The notes under the pieces were generated by a model that was not told the DNA's origin, did no database searches, and worked only from the letters and a program-made list of their open reading frames with translations. Shown piece after piece: positions 40,993-53,154 of a stretch of DNA of 64,000 nt. The translations under genes were made by a program, and so were the position numbers. The DNA is from Monocercomonoides exilis PA203 (taxonomy: Eukaryota > Protista > Preaxostyla): the NCBI GenBank assembly GCA_001643675.2, contig LSRY02000040.1:558001-622000 (forward strand), given 5' to 3'. How positions within the stretch are numbered: position 1 is the first letter of the stretch; the number at the start of each line of letters is the position of its first letter.

Positions 40993-42861
40993 TTAATCTT
41001 TCGATTGAGTGATTTTATAAAAGCACATAGTTCCACTCCATCCTTCATTTGCCATTGCTTTCCAATAAGCGTTATTGAACTTTGGATTCACACGAGAGAT
41101 GACACCATCGTTGCACTCCAACAGCTGAAGTTCTCCAGTCGATTCGTCTTTCCCCTCAACAACAACAGCAATAAAATGTCCAATTGGTGAAGGTTTTGCA
41201 GAGCGAAGAATGTATCCAATAAAGTTATACTCGGTTCGAGGAAACTGAAGCAACTCACCTTTCTGTTGAATTGTTTTTTCAGACGTGACAGTCATTGCTT
41301 TTGGCCCAGAACCATTTCCACAGAATGTTATTGTTTTTGGTGGAGGCACAACTGGAATGTTATCTTGTAAGCTGTGATAAACGGTCAGGATCTTCGGAAA
41401 TCTATCTATTCGAGTCCACTGAAAAAACATAGTATTCATCCCACAGTATGAGTCAACACATAGTTCTTGATCAGTAATCTGCTCCATCACTCTCAACGAT
41501 TGATTCAACCCTTCAACAACAGATGGATGATGAATAATAACATAAAACGAAGGGCACTGGTTGTTGACGCGAACATGGCAACACCTCCCACAGAGTTTGA
41601 ATGAAGACTGCTTCACAATGAAATCTTTTTTGATATTGCATCCATCAGTTACTGCACTGTTCAAAACAGAATTGAATGCTGTTGTTATTCCCATTGGATC
41701 AGTAATGCTCCCACCATTTTTTTCGATGAATGATTTGAATGATTTTGTTCCCCAGATCCTTTTTGTGATGCTGTGTGAACGGATTGCGTTGAATAGCCTT
41801 CCAAAAATAAATGCTCCTCCACGTTTCTTTTTGACATCACAAGTCACACCAAATGAAGCTAAACACTGACAAACAGATGCCAAAGCACATGAAGCTCCAA
41901 AATTGATTAGTTCCCTTCCACTTTCGCACAACACCTGTACATATGAACGTGATTCTTTCGAAAAAGGGTTAGTCGGGAATAGCAAAGAAGGAGGAAATTG
42001 AAAGAAACTGCTCATCTGTGGAACTGTTGGAAGAATTGAATAAGGATTTCCTAATGCTTCCATTGAAGTTTGTTGCTTCTAAACATCATACAAAAAATAA
42101 ATCAAACAATTATTGATTTGCCTGTTTTAATGAATCAGGCAAATAAAAAAAATAAAAAAAAAACCAAACCTCGAGTTCTATTTCCATCTTACCTCCTTTA
42201 ATATCATTGCATTTCTTTTCTTTTCTTTTCAGAAAATCTTCCTCACTCTCTGTCTCTTCCTCATCACTTTCTTCTTCTTCAGACATTTGATCATCAGCCT
42301 CATCTTCGTCTGAAGAAATGACACTGCAACATGAATATGAAGACGGCTTCCGTAATGTTAAATTTGTCGATTTTTCTTTGTCATCCTCCTTCAAATTATC
42401 TCCAATGCATTTGATTCTGTAAGAAAAATCCTGCTCAAGTTCATGTTGGGAAAACCATTCAGTCAGGCACAGCAGCATTTTTTCTTGGACATGCGGGTTC
42501 GATTCATTGAAAGGGAGCTTCATCTTCTGGACGATTTTGTGTAATGGTACTTATTTTTAAATGAATATAAAAAATACATAAAAAAGATAATAAGAAAGAA
42601 ATTTAATGTTAAATAAAACAAAAACAAAGAAACAAAAAATAAAACAAGAAACAAACATCCAAAATTTTTCATTAGATTATTCAGAAAAATATTTCCGTTG
42701 GAAGATTTACAAAAAAATACAAAGAGCACTTTATTCGCATGATCAATTGACATTTGTCCAAAAAAGTTTGACAGTGAATCAACATCATTCATTATACTGC
42801 TTTTCCGCAAGCTTGAATGAATCCTAGAAGATCCAGAGGAAGACAACTTCTGAGAAGACAT
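40993..42861 (-). CDS. USP (peptidase C19-like) cysteine protease, multi-exon (tentative exons 42861-42657, 42549-42170, 42078-40993)
   Basis: Cys box LINFGASCALASVCQCL (Cys codon 41887-41889), CGRC..CVDSYC Zn-ribbon-like pair, His box GHFIAVV (His 41176-41178) and LECNDG. Phase-0 intron 42079-42169 (GTTTGG..TAG) joins the 137-aa ORF in frame. The first intron is less certain. Confidence 0.75.
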
Positions 42862-43036
42862 CGAAGGAATCAGTTTTATGGGTTAAATCAGCTAATGACT
42901 GAAATTTTTATATTAAAATATTTATTAATATAATAAAATAGACTTTATTAAAAACTCACAAAATTTTAAAATTTTTATAAAGATCGTAATATTTAAAAAG
43001 AAATAAATAAATTTAAAATTTAAAACATTTTAAAGA

Positions 43037-43266
43037 AAACAATGGCGATCACAAAATGACAGAATCCTCAGGGGTCTTTTTTTTGCATAAAATGATTGTT
43101 TTCACCATTTTAACTTCATCTATAGCCAAAAAACTGCATTCTTCTACCTGCAATTTTCGCCCTTTAACGCTTATTTTTTTGATCTTTTTGACCCCTTGGA
43201 AATTCGGATCATGGGTCAGATCCTTTTTTTCATTCAAACTTTTAAAAATTTTTTTGAAAAGATTTT
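43037..43266 (+). repeat. Putative left element end/TIR, inner copy
   Basis: Direct repeat of 40382-40611 (offset 2655) with different flanks on both sides. Confidence 0.85.
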
Positions 43267-43945
43267 GCAATTATGTGGTTCTTATTTCACAAATATCGAT
43301 GGTTTTGTTGTAACTTTTTCGTTAAATGTTTTCAAACATCAATTTTTCATTGTATTGAGATTTCATAGAAAATCAGTGAAATGAAAAAAAATTCGTTAAA
43401 AAATGACAATCGTTTTGCAATCAAAATGACATAAAAAAACAAAAAGTACTTCATGATATTAATCATTTTAAAAATTGAAAACTGTTAGAAATTTTCAAAT
43501 CAGATTCAATAACTTTCAATAAAACATAATTCTAAAACATAACCATAAAAACTATCACCAAATGTCAACTAAATATCAACAATTCTGAACAATAAAAAAT
43601 ATAAGAAGAAACAGTACTTTAACAACAAATTCATGGTATCAAAGACAATTCCAAACAAAAAAGAATACTTATATTAAAAGTTCAAAAACTTACTTGTCTT
43701 TTTTCCCTCTGTTTTCCATCCACTCTCCCCTTTCTGATATTTCTCTCACTTTGACTCAAAAAGATCAAATCCAACAAAGAAAAAAGACAAACACAATGAT
43801 AAAACAACATTTCACACTCTCAACAACTCTCCCTTCCAAAAACCTCACTCAAAGATCAATGAATTCCTTCACAACTCTATCTATTAATGAATCTCGATAT
43901 ATACATGTATAAGCGGGACAATAACCAAAAGAAAACAATCGGATT

Positions 43946-44083
43946 CTAACTGTTGTGCACCTGGGAGGCTGTTCGTCGTATCCAGGTCCGGATAAAGCAG
44001 CCCGAAGGCTGCAATATCTAATACGAACAGTCATGTCCAGCACCCTTCCGATAGAGTGCCAGCTAAGCATGCACAACAACTAG
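43946..44083 (-). ncRNA. Candidate structured RNA of unknown family downstream of the transposase ORF
   Basis: Minus strand folds by eye: closing stem CUAGUUGUUGUGCA/UGCACAACAGUUAG (14 bp, 2 GU), hairpin GGCACUCU-AUCGGA-AGGGUGCU, stem CUGUUCGU/ACGAACAG enclosing GCAGCC-UUCG-GGCUGC and UAUCCG-GACC-UGGAUA. GC-rich island in AT-rich DNA. Confidence 0.6.
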
Positions 44084-44183
44084 TTTCTTAATAGGGGACA
44101 CCAAAAGAACAATTTTGAGATTCATTAAAAGAAGAAGAGTCAAGAAGAAGCTCAAATCTCCTTGAAAGAAGATCTTGAGAAGA

Positions 44184-47100
44184 TTAAGAAAGAAGAGAAG
44201 AGTTAGATGATGTGATATCAGAGTTGAAGGTCTTTCTTGAACGTTGCACTTTCTCTTTCATTGTCGAAGATTCAAGGGCAACCAGAGAGCGTTGAGGAAG
44301 ATATCCAACAGCTGAAGCAGAGACAAATGAGCCTTTGCGCTCAAAATACAAGTAGTCCTTCATGTGAGGGACTGATAATGACGGCCATGAGATTTGTTGA
44401 GATGGTACATATTCTTCAAAGTACCTCTCATGCTCAAAGTTATTGACAGATGTTGAAAATGATGAAGAGTTTGATGACGTTGTTGAGAAAATGTTTGATT
44501 GTGAAGTTGAAGAAGCTGATTTCGAAGTGTTCATATTGTTTTCGAAGAAGTCGATCAAATCATGAAGTGTGGTGATGTGTTCAGTCGAAAGATTGTTGTC
44601 GATTGCATTCACTAACGCACCAAATTCACTATCACAAATATTTTTTCCGTGGTGCTCAGCGAAGAAGTTGAGTTGAGTATTTTTCTTTTTGAGAAGTTTG
44701 GATTGTTTGGAGAGGATGAAGTGAAGAAGGAAGCGATTTCGGTTGTGTGGACCTGAATCGCAGAAGAACTTAAAAGTGTGAGTGTCTGAGAAGAAGTGTC
44801 TTTTGATCACAGATTCCAGACACTCAATAACAAATCTGTGATCATTTGAGAGGCAGTCGGAGAAGAAGTTGAATGTTCTTTTTATTTGTTGATTATTAAT
44901 TTTTTGAAGAGAGATGATTGTGAATTGAGAAACTTGTTGGTAATTAAAGAATTCTTGTTGAAGTTGATTTTTTCTGATAGGGAGTTTCCACTTCTCTTTG
45001 AAGTCGAAGACGAAGACTGCTTCTCCCTCTTTCAAATTGTCGACAGTTGATTGATAGTGTTTTCGTTGCATTTCTGCAACTAGTCGATGTTGTCGAAGAA
45101 GTTTGAGTGTATGAAACTCGGCAGAAGAAAGTCCATTTTTATTTTGTGAAGACTTCAGTTTGTTTTCGAGATAGTTGAGTTTCTCGCACATTCCACAAAG
45201 ATCTGTGCGTCTTTTCGCTTTGGAAAAGTTGGTAGTGAGTTTGTAGAAATGGGAAAGAGAAACTTTGATGTTTGTTTCTTCGGAAAACTCTTTCCATAAT
45301 TTTGTCTTTGGCTTGAAGATTAATCTCTTTTCATTGGGAGAAAAGATGCCCGTTTTCTTTCTTCTTTCTTTCAGTGCTTCCAATCCATAACTTGTTGAAA
45401 TTGACGAAGAGAGTGGAGGAATGGAAGAAGTTTGATGTGGTGGTGTGATGAATGAAGATGACGTTGTCGTGGTTGTTGTTGACGATGATGATAAGTTATT
45501 TGAAGTGTTCAAATTTGATGTTTCTGAAGAAGATGATGAACCACCAAATTGAAGTGTTGACAGTGTTGGTTTTGTTTTTTCCTTGATATAGAATGAGAGT
45601 GATGGAGTGAAACCTTGTGAGTGAAGATTATTCCATGATGAATTCCAATTATCATTATCAAATTCTGTCATATCAGCATCGTTGCAAATATTCCATGAGA
45701 CATCGTTTCCTCTATTTCTTTTGATGACAGCGATATAATGACCATTTCTTTGATCCAACTGTTTATGAAGAATTTGTCCAGAAAGATGATAAATAATCGT
45801 TTCCTGATTATCTTTTTGAAGATGTTGAATTCTTTCTGTTGAAAACCCTTTGCAGAAAGTACGCTGGTTAACACGATCTGTTTCTATTAGAAATGTTCTT
45901 GAAGGAGAAGAACTAGCAACATTAGTGCATTCATGACAGAGGGCTAGCACCTCTGGAAATGCAGCCATTTCCTCCCATTTCGCAGCACAGCATTTTTCGT
46001 TGCATTTATTGCAAAAAACACAATTCTTTCCATCCAAAACTTCAGTTGCAAAGAGAGAAGATAGTCCATTATGAGTCGAGGAAGAATTGATAACAACATT
46101 GTTACAAATTTCATTGAAGTTTGATGTGATTTGTTGGCATTTTTGGCATTTGATATGAGTGATTAAAACAGGATTGAAGGTGTCCTTGCTTATCAACTCA
46201 TCTTTTTGAAGAAGTCTGTGAAGATTTTCAAACGCCTCAGTAACATTTTGTTGCTGTCTGCTGCCAAAGTTGCAGAAATTTTCCCATTTGTCAATAAGAG
46301 ATGGGACCCATGAACGCACTGCCGTTCCATCTTTAGCCAATTGTTTACAAACACTTATAACACGAGAAGATGTGTTCTTCAAAGATGTTTGTTTTTTGAA
46401 TAAAGATGGTTTTTGAATAGTTATTGAAGAGAAACATTGAAGAAGAGAAGCCAAATAGCATGTGTTGCCTAAGTTTGGCAATCCTTTTGCTATTTGTGAT
46501 GATTTATTTGAAGAATATAATGAATTTGAAGTAGATTGAGAATGAGAATGATTTTTTATTGAAATTTCTTTAGCATTCTTTTTTGAAATATTTTTTGAAG
46601 AATTATTTTGAATAGATATTTCATTATTTGAAGATTGAATGCTTTGTTGTTGAAGTGTTGTAGTGTCATTGTTTTTTGAAAATGAAGAAAAGAGGGTTTG
46701 AAATGCTTGAGGTGGAATTAATGTGGGTGAAGTGGCATAATCGACCAATTGGTCGCTCACAAACACATTATCATTCTGAAATGATGAAGAATTTATTTTT
46801 TCTTTCAATTTTTTTGTAATTGAAATTTGTGAAGAAGAAGTTTTTGATTTGAATATTTTGTGAATTGGTATTGGAGATGGAGAAGAATGACGTTTGTGAT
46901 TTGAATTTTTATTTTGATTTTTTGTTGAACCCCTTTCTCTCCTAATTGGAGTGTTGATTGGAGCATCAACAGCTTGAGAAGAAGAAGTATTGAAAGAAGG
47001 AGAATTTTTTTCTGAATCGATGTTCGATTTTTTATTTTGTTGAGATGATGTCGAAGAAGAAGAAGATTGTTTTTTATTTGAAGAAGAATTTTCTGTAATA

Positions 47101-47532
47101 ATTTCTTCATCCCACGCTGCTTCGTCTATAAATCTTGTGTAATCTGGCTCAGCTCGCTGCTTTTTCTTTGCTGACTGAAGCGAAGTTGAGGCTTCAGTCG
47201 AATGGGCTAACATCCAGTTATTGCCCTTTTCCCAGTCCTGTTCATTTAAGCCTATAATAAACAGAGAAAATTATTCAAAAAAAATTAAAATAAATACAAA
47301 CCACTTTTGCAGGACGGAAGGTGAGGTTTTTGTGGTGGAATGATAAATCCTTGGTTCTTTTTGAGCGTTTTCTTCGCATAAATAAATTTTCCTTCTGTGA
47401 CATCATATCCATAGTCCTGTAAATCGGATAATGATGTGTTGCGGGAAAGCGCTTGTAGCATTGTTGTCTGGGTGTGCAACGGAGCGTTGTTGTACACCAC
47501 AGACAGGTCTTCCAGCAGCTTTATGTGATATT
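44184..47532 (-). CDS. Sola-like DDD transposase with internal USP deubiquitinase domain (exons 47532-47302 and 47251-44184; further small 5' exons possible at 47677-47634 and 47754-47711)
   Basis: Phase-1 intron 47252-47301 (GTTTGT..TATAG) links the 71-aa and 1009-aa ORFs. USP motifs: GLPNLGNTCYLASLLQCF, QQQNVTEAF, CQKC/CNKC, GHYIAVIK, WNICNDA. Transposase motifs: S.S.FYK, TDLCGMC, H...AE.QR, DFKE, FFSD, CDSGPHNRN, FFAEHHGKNICDSEFG. Confidence 0.85.
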
Positions 47533-49829
47533 CTGTTCCAAAAAAAACAAATAATTGACAAATTAAATAGTAAAAAATAACAGAGAGTTTAAATAATATT
47601 TTCTACACAATACAAAAAAATTAAAAATCAAACCATTCAAAGACTTCAGTAAATCATTAATTACCGTAGATGATTGCCTGTAAGTGTAAAACTAAGCCTT
47701 TGTGACTTACTGACTATCAATGATGAAAATGAATATTCTGACTGACTTTTTCATTTTTTAAAGTCAAAGCATTATTTTTCAATTTGGAATATTTTTCATT
47801 CAGTTTGAAAATTTATTCACTCATATTATTTTCATGAATTTAAATATTCAAATCATAGCTTCAAAGAAAAAAATCAATTTGAACATTTTGTTAATGATGG
47901 GAAATGACCAGATCAACAATTGGGGAATTTCCAAGTCAGTGACTTGTTGATCTTTTTGTGTCTCAGTCAAAAAAGTCATGTCAATACCCATCATTTTGAA
48001 CAAAAATTCACTTATCTTAGAGTTTCAAGATGCACAAACAGATTCGAAAATTGTTTGACTGTTTTTTCCTTGCTTTTATTAATTAAACATTTTATTTTTT
48101 ATTTTAAGTTAATGAGCTATTTGAGAAAACTCGATGAATAAAAAATAAAAAACGGATGTGATTGTTTGAGCCTCACTCTGGTAGAACAAAATGAAAAAGC
48201 AGCAATTATGCTTGTGAATCTTTTTCATTACGATTCAGTCATAAAATCATCTTCCTCATCTTCATTTCCATCTTCATCTTCATCATCTTCGTCTCCATCA
48301 TCATATTTGTCTTGTTCATTATCTATTTTGTTGTCATCATCAAGATCGTCTGACTCATTTTCAGACATGAACGAATCTTTTGATGTTGCAATTGAATCGG
48401 AAGATGATGAAGTTGAATTGCTTTTTGCAAGCTAAGTTTTTGATATAATCTCTCTACATTCGACTGACAAAGAAGTTGAAATGCGCCTCAATATTTCTTC
48501 ATGCATCAATTCAGATTGGAGCAATAGGATGGAGCGAAGGTTTGAAATATTAATAAATTCAGTTTTATTTAAAGAAGATCCTAAGCTGAAAGAATTATAT
48601 CTGAAGTTACACCAAAGTGAGATGAGTGCATCATTAAGTTTTGTTGAGGAAGATAATGCTCAAATCTATTATATAATTTTTTCAAATAAAAGTTTCAATT
48701 ACACCATATATTCGAATATTTGTCTTTTTTTGTTTCATCCCATTGCAGTGAATCAAGCTGTGAGCTTATTTTCTTGAGGATGAAAAGAATAACTGTAGAC
48801 AACAGACACTCTCTTTCATTTAACACTCCCAATGCATTGCTTTTAATATAGTTTTTCTTCATTCATTTTTTGCAATTTTGTTCAGCTGAGTTTTTTTTTG
48901 ACACATTTCATTTTATAAAACTTTCATATTTATCTCAATAAACAAGGAAAAAATACATTATCTCTTTTATAAGAACAATCATGAAATGAACACAATTAGA
49001 AAAATAACAATGAAGCAATTTTCTTTGAACTATTAACTTCATTCTAAATCTCCTCTTTCTTCTTCTTCGCTTTCGTGTTTGCGTTCAGCTCATTACCATA
49101 TCTATTCCTCTTCTTTTCCACAATAGTGATCATTTTCTTCGTTCTCCATCCAAAGATGACCTTGTTCTTTTCTAGTTGTTCATCCAATCGAAGTGATTCG
49201 TCGATGAACGTTTATTCCGAAACCATCACCACAATGCGCTGTGAAGAGTTTTAATGCTCGATCACCTCAACTTATTATTTCATAATGAATATTCTGTCCA
49301 TAAACACACTTGAAGAAATTTTGTGAATAATGAATGCTGCTGGAAATAAGGAAATGGACAAAGAAACGAAGTTTTGCATTGTTCTGCTATGAAGTTTGCT
49401 GAATATTCCACCTGATTGCACAACCTGCCAACGAGAACAGGTTGAAACAAAGTTGATTTTCAAAATTTACTCGTTGAATGAAGCACGAATTTCTAACTCT
49501 TCCGCAGAAGACGAACAAGAAGAAGAAGAAGAAGAGACAAACACTTTGGAGCTGCCACACTACAAGCATCTGAAGGCACTTAAAGAATGCCCTCTTTCGT
49601 TGCCCCCGTACGCCAAGACGATTTTCCAGCTTAGACGTTTTCTTATTCCCTCTCTGCGTGACGATGAATATCAGCCGACGATCAGAGAGATGACATATAC
49701 GATTCAGATATGAAATTCATTTCTGAAGATGCAAATAGCAAAAACGAAAATTCTCATATCGATCTGATAAGTTAAAGGTACTCGAAGCAAATAAAGAAAT
49801 TTAGAGATGAAAAATTTTAACAAAGACAA

Positions 49830-49952
49830 GAAAGAAAGGAGAGGAAGACAAAGAAGAGGAAGAAAAAGAAGAAGAAAAGAAGGAAGAATAAGAGGAGAAG
49901 GAAGAAGAAGAGGAGAAGGAAGAATAAGAGGAGAAGGAAGAATAAGAGGAGA

Positions 49953-49984
<32 letters not shown>

Positions 49985-50040
49985 AAGAAGGAAGAATTAG
50001 AGGAGAAGGAAGAAGAAGAGGAGAAGGAAAAGGAAGAGGA
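49830..50040 (+). repeat. Purine-rich minisatellite with ~18-bp units (GAGGAGAAGGAAGAA[T/G]AA)
   Basis: Read directly from the sequence; gives the RGEGRI/RGEGRR pattern in the ORF track. Confidence 0.8.
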
Positions 50041-53000
50041 TTGCAGAAGGGAAAAGAAAGTGAAAATGAAGGAGAAAATGAAAAAGACAAGGAAGAAGAA
50101 ATAGACAAAAGAGAAGAGAAACTATGAGGAATAAAACGCAAAGCCGATTGAGTCTTGCCTGATGTCCTTTTCATTCAGCCTTGTTGATACAAAGAACGTT
50201 TATGTTCATTTTCCAAAACTTCATCAGAGTCTCTCCACATTCAATTCGTTCCTCACAAAACTCAGAACAAGCTCTATGTTGAACCGCTTCCACATCAGGC
50301 ACAACTTCAGAGAAGCAGGCAGTATCAACATACGCGACGGATTAGACCTGAGGAAGCAAGATTTTGCGATATGGAGATGGACTTTCCAGAAAATTACTCT
50401 CTCTGTTCCACGGATCTGTGTTTCCACTTGCTTCTTCTTTGAGAGGGTTTCACATGATGTCAACAGGGAGGCATGATGTATGGTCTCCACGACAGTTGCA
50501 GATGAAATGATTGAAAAAAAAAGGAAACACAGATGCAGATGTTGTCACTGTTGAGACAAATGTTCAATAAATTGTGCCTTTCTTCGCTGGATAAAGTGGA
50601 GAATGAAGAAAAAAGTTATTTCTGATTCAACTAAAAATAAATTTACTGACTTTTCTTTTTCTTTTGTTACCTTTTTCTTTTCTTCTTTTCCATTCATCTT
50701 TTCCTTTTCTTTCTTCCTCTTTAGCAATCATTTTTTTTTTCTTTCTCTTTTTTCCTCTAAATATTTTCTTTATTCGCTCTTATTATCTGATAAGGTTTTG
50801 TCTATTTCTTATTTTTATTCTTCTTTATGTAATTCTTCTTTTCTGCTTATATCCTCATAATCTCACTTTTAAAGACTTTTAAACAAAATCCGGAGAATTT
50901 GTTTGATGGAGATATAACTCTCAACGATTGATTTTTTTCGACTTCGTATAATCTTCAGCTTTTTTTTCCCTCCATGAAAATTCTTTCTTTCGGCTGATCT
51001 ATTTAGAAGCTTGCCTGAATAATTAATTCAAGCATTTTTCTTTTTTTCTCTCTAAGTTGATTTCGTAGAATTTTGTTTATTATATTTTGCATTTTTCTAT
51101 TTTTGAATCAAAAAAAGTGAAATCAGATTCAAAAGGAGCAACTCATTCTTTCTTTTTCTCTTTTTCTTTCACTCTCTCTCTTATTCTTAATTTTCAAAAC
51201 AGGCATCTTTCACAATTCTATTCAAGATGTGTCTGTAGTTTGGACTTATGCACCTAACATCTCTCGCAATCCTCGCAGCTGCATACATGTTTCCTGTTCT
51301 TCTATCAACAATCCTTCAATTCAACATTCATCTTCCATCGCCCTCACTCTCATCATCATCATCATCATCTTCTTCTTCTTCTTCTTTTTCGTTCTCCTCG
51401 TTTGCCTATTCACCATCCCCTTCAACCAATCTCCATCTGTCCTCTCCCACTCCCTCCTGTCATTCATCCACCGAGATATATTCTGCCACACTCAGCGCAT
51501 CTGCTGTCTGAGACTCCATTTCGTCTCGTTCCTGTTCCGCCATTTCCCCATCCACTACTCCGTGGCCTCTCCTCAGACAGCCCTGCACTTCGCTCTTTGT
51601 TCTCTTCTCTGCAGCTCGTAGCACCGTTTGCCTCACTGTCTTTATCCTTCAAAATAACCTGCTCCCAGTCAAATGTGAGGAGATCCTGCCAACTCCTCTT
51701 CTTTCTCCTTCCTTCATTCTGTTGCTCGCACCATCTTCGTTTGTTTTGTATTCCATTCCATTCGATTCTCCTTTTCGCTCCCATCTTCCCCTCAGACGCA
51801 AAGAGTTTTGCATTTTCCTTCAAAAACACAAGTGTCCTCCTCATCTTCATTCGAAGCTCCTCTGCTTTCCTCTCCCTTTCCTTATGTGAATAGGTCCCTG
51901 CGTGCTGTGTTTGTTCTTTCAATTCGCCAGAAGGTGCCATTCAAAGTGTTCACTGGATGCAGCAGGAGCAGCAAAAATTCTGTCCGTGCAGAAGCATGCA
52001 GAGGCGGAAAAGGAAAAGCTGAACACGATTGACTGAAGTGAGCCACTGATTTTGCGGCGGAAGCAGCTTTTGAAGCAGCAGCACTTAAAGAGGTTTGGGT
52101 CACCATTTTTTATTTCGTTGTTATAGCTCTTTATTGCAGCGGGTGTCACCGGACTGTCAGAATTGATAATTGAACAAGAAAAAGCAGAGCAAGAGGGAAA
52201 TGAAGAGATGAAAGAACAAAATAAATCTAAAAAGGAAAAAATTGAAGATTGTTGGGATTTTGATAAAGAAGAATTCAAAAAAAAGGAGATTCAAAAGAAA
52301 CCTAATTTTCCTGTTATCAGAAATAGAAGTGCTAACTATCATTGAAGAAGAATTTGGAAGATATTTTTTTCGTACCAACGAATGAAGCATCGAAAGAAGA
52401 GGAATGTCATCACATGCAGAACAGAAAAGGAAACACTTTTCCTATGTTTAAAAAATGAATGAAAAATGATAGAAAATAGTTAACCAACAAACATGTATAT
52501 TTTGCAAAATACATACAATTTAATAATTAAATAAAAATATCATTATCAACAAATATGCTATGCTTTAAGTTAAGTGTGAATTGAACCTTAAAAACTTAAA
52601 AAATGGTTCAATCAGCTCAGGATAAATAATGTCTTTGTTGTTGTTTGAATTTTCATTGATATAATCACGAATATGTTGAGAGCATTCAACAACTGACTTC
52701 TTAGATGATATGTTATCTCTTATTGTTTTTTTTATTCTCTGTCTTCAGCTCTTCATTCTGATTCCTTTTCTTTTTTGTCATAAACTAATGTCAATCGATA
52801 TTGTCCTTCAATTCTTTCAATTTCTTCAAATTCTTTAATCTCTCTTATTCGATAACTTCATACAACATGTATTTAACTATTCAATAATTCATTTGAAGTT
52901 TATCGAATAAATTATTGTATAACATATTTTTATTTCTGTCTTTTGCTTATTTTGAAAATAAATAGTTATAAGAATAAACAAATATGGGAAAATTAATATT

Positions 53001-53093
53001 TTTCCTTTAAAAGTGAATTTTCGATTTCAAACATATTTTCATTTGCTTTTATTAAACACATATTAATATTTCAATTCCATCATTCAAAAAATT

Positions 53094-53094
<1 letters not shown>

Positions 53095-53153
<59 letters not shown>
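53095..53153 (+). repeat. Poly(T) tract, 59 nt
   Basis: Read directly from the sequence. Confidence 0.95.

Positions 53154-53154
<1 letters not shown>

Noticed and set aside
43983-44012. Plus-strand CAGGTCCGGA..AAGCAGCC resembles bacterial SRP (4.5S) RNA helix 8
   Set aside because: The GNRA-capped stem cannot form (CCGGATAA instead of CCGGAAGG), and the G-U pairs and UUCG loop favour the minus strand.
43960-44045. Possible SECIS (AUGA before a helix) or hammerhead ribozyme in the structured RNA
   Set aside because: No opposing GA for the SECIS quartet and no in-frame UGA in the ORF; no CUGANGA/GAAA hammerhead core.
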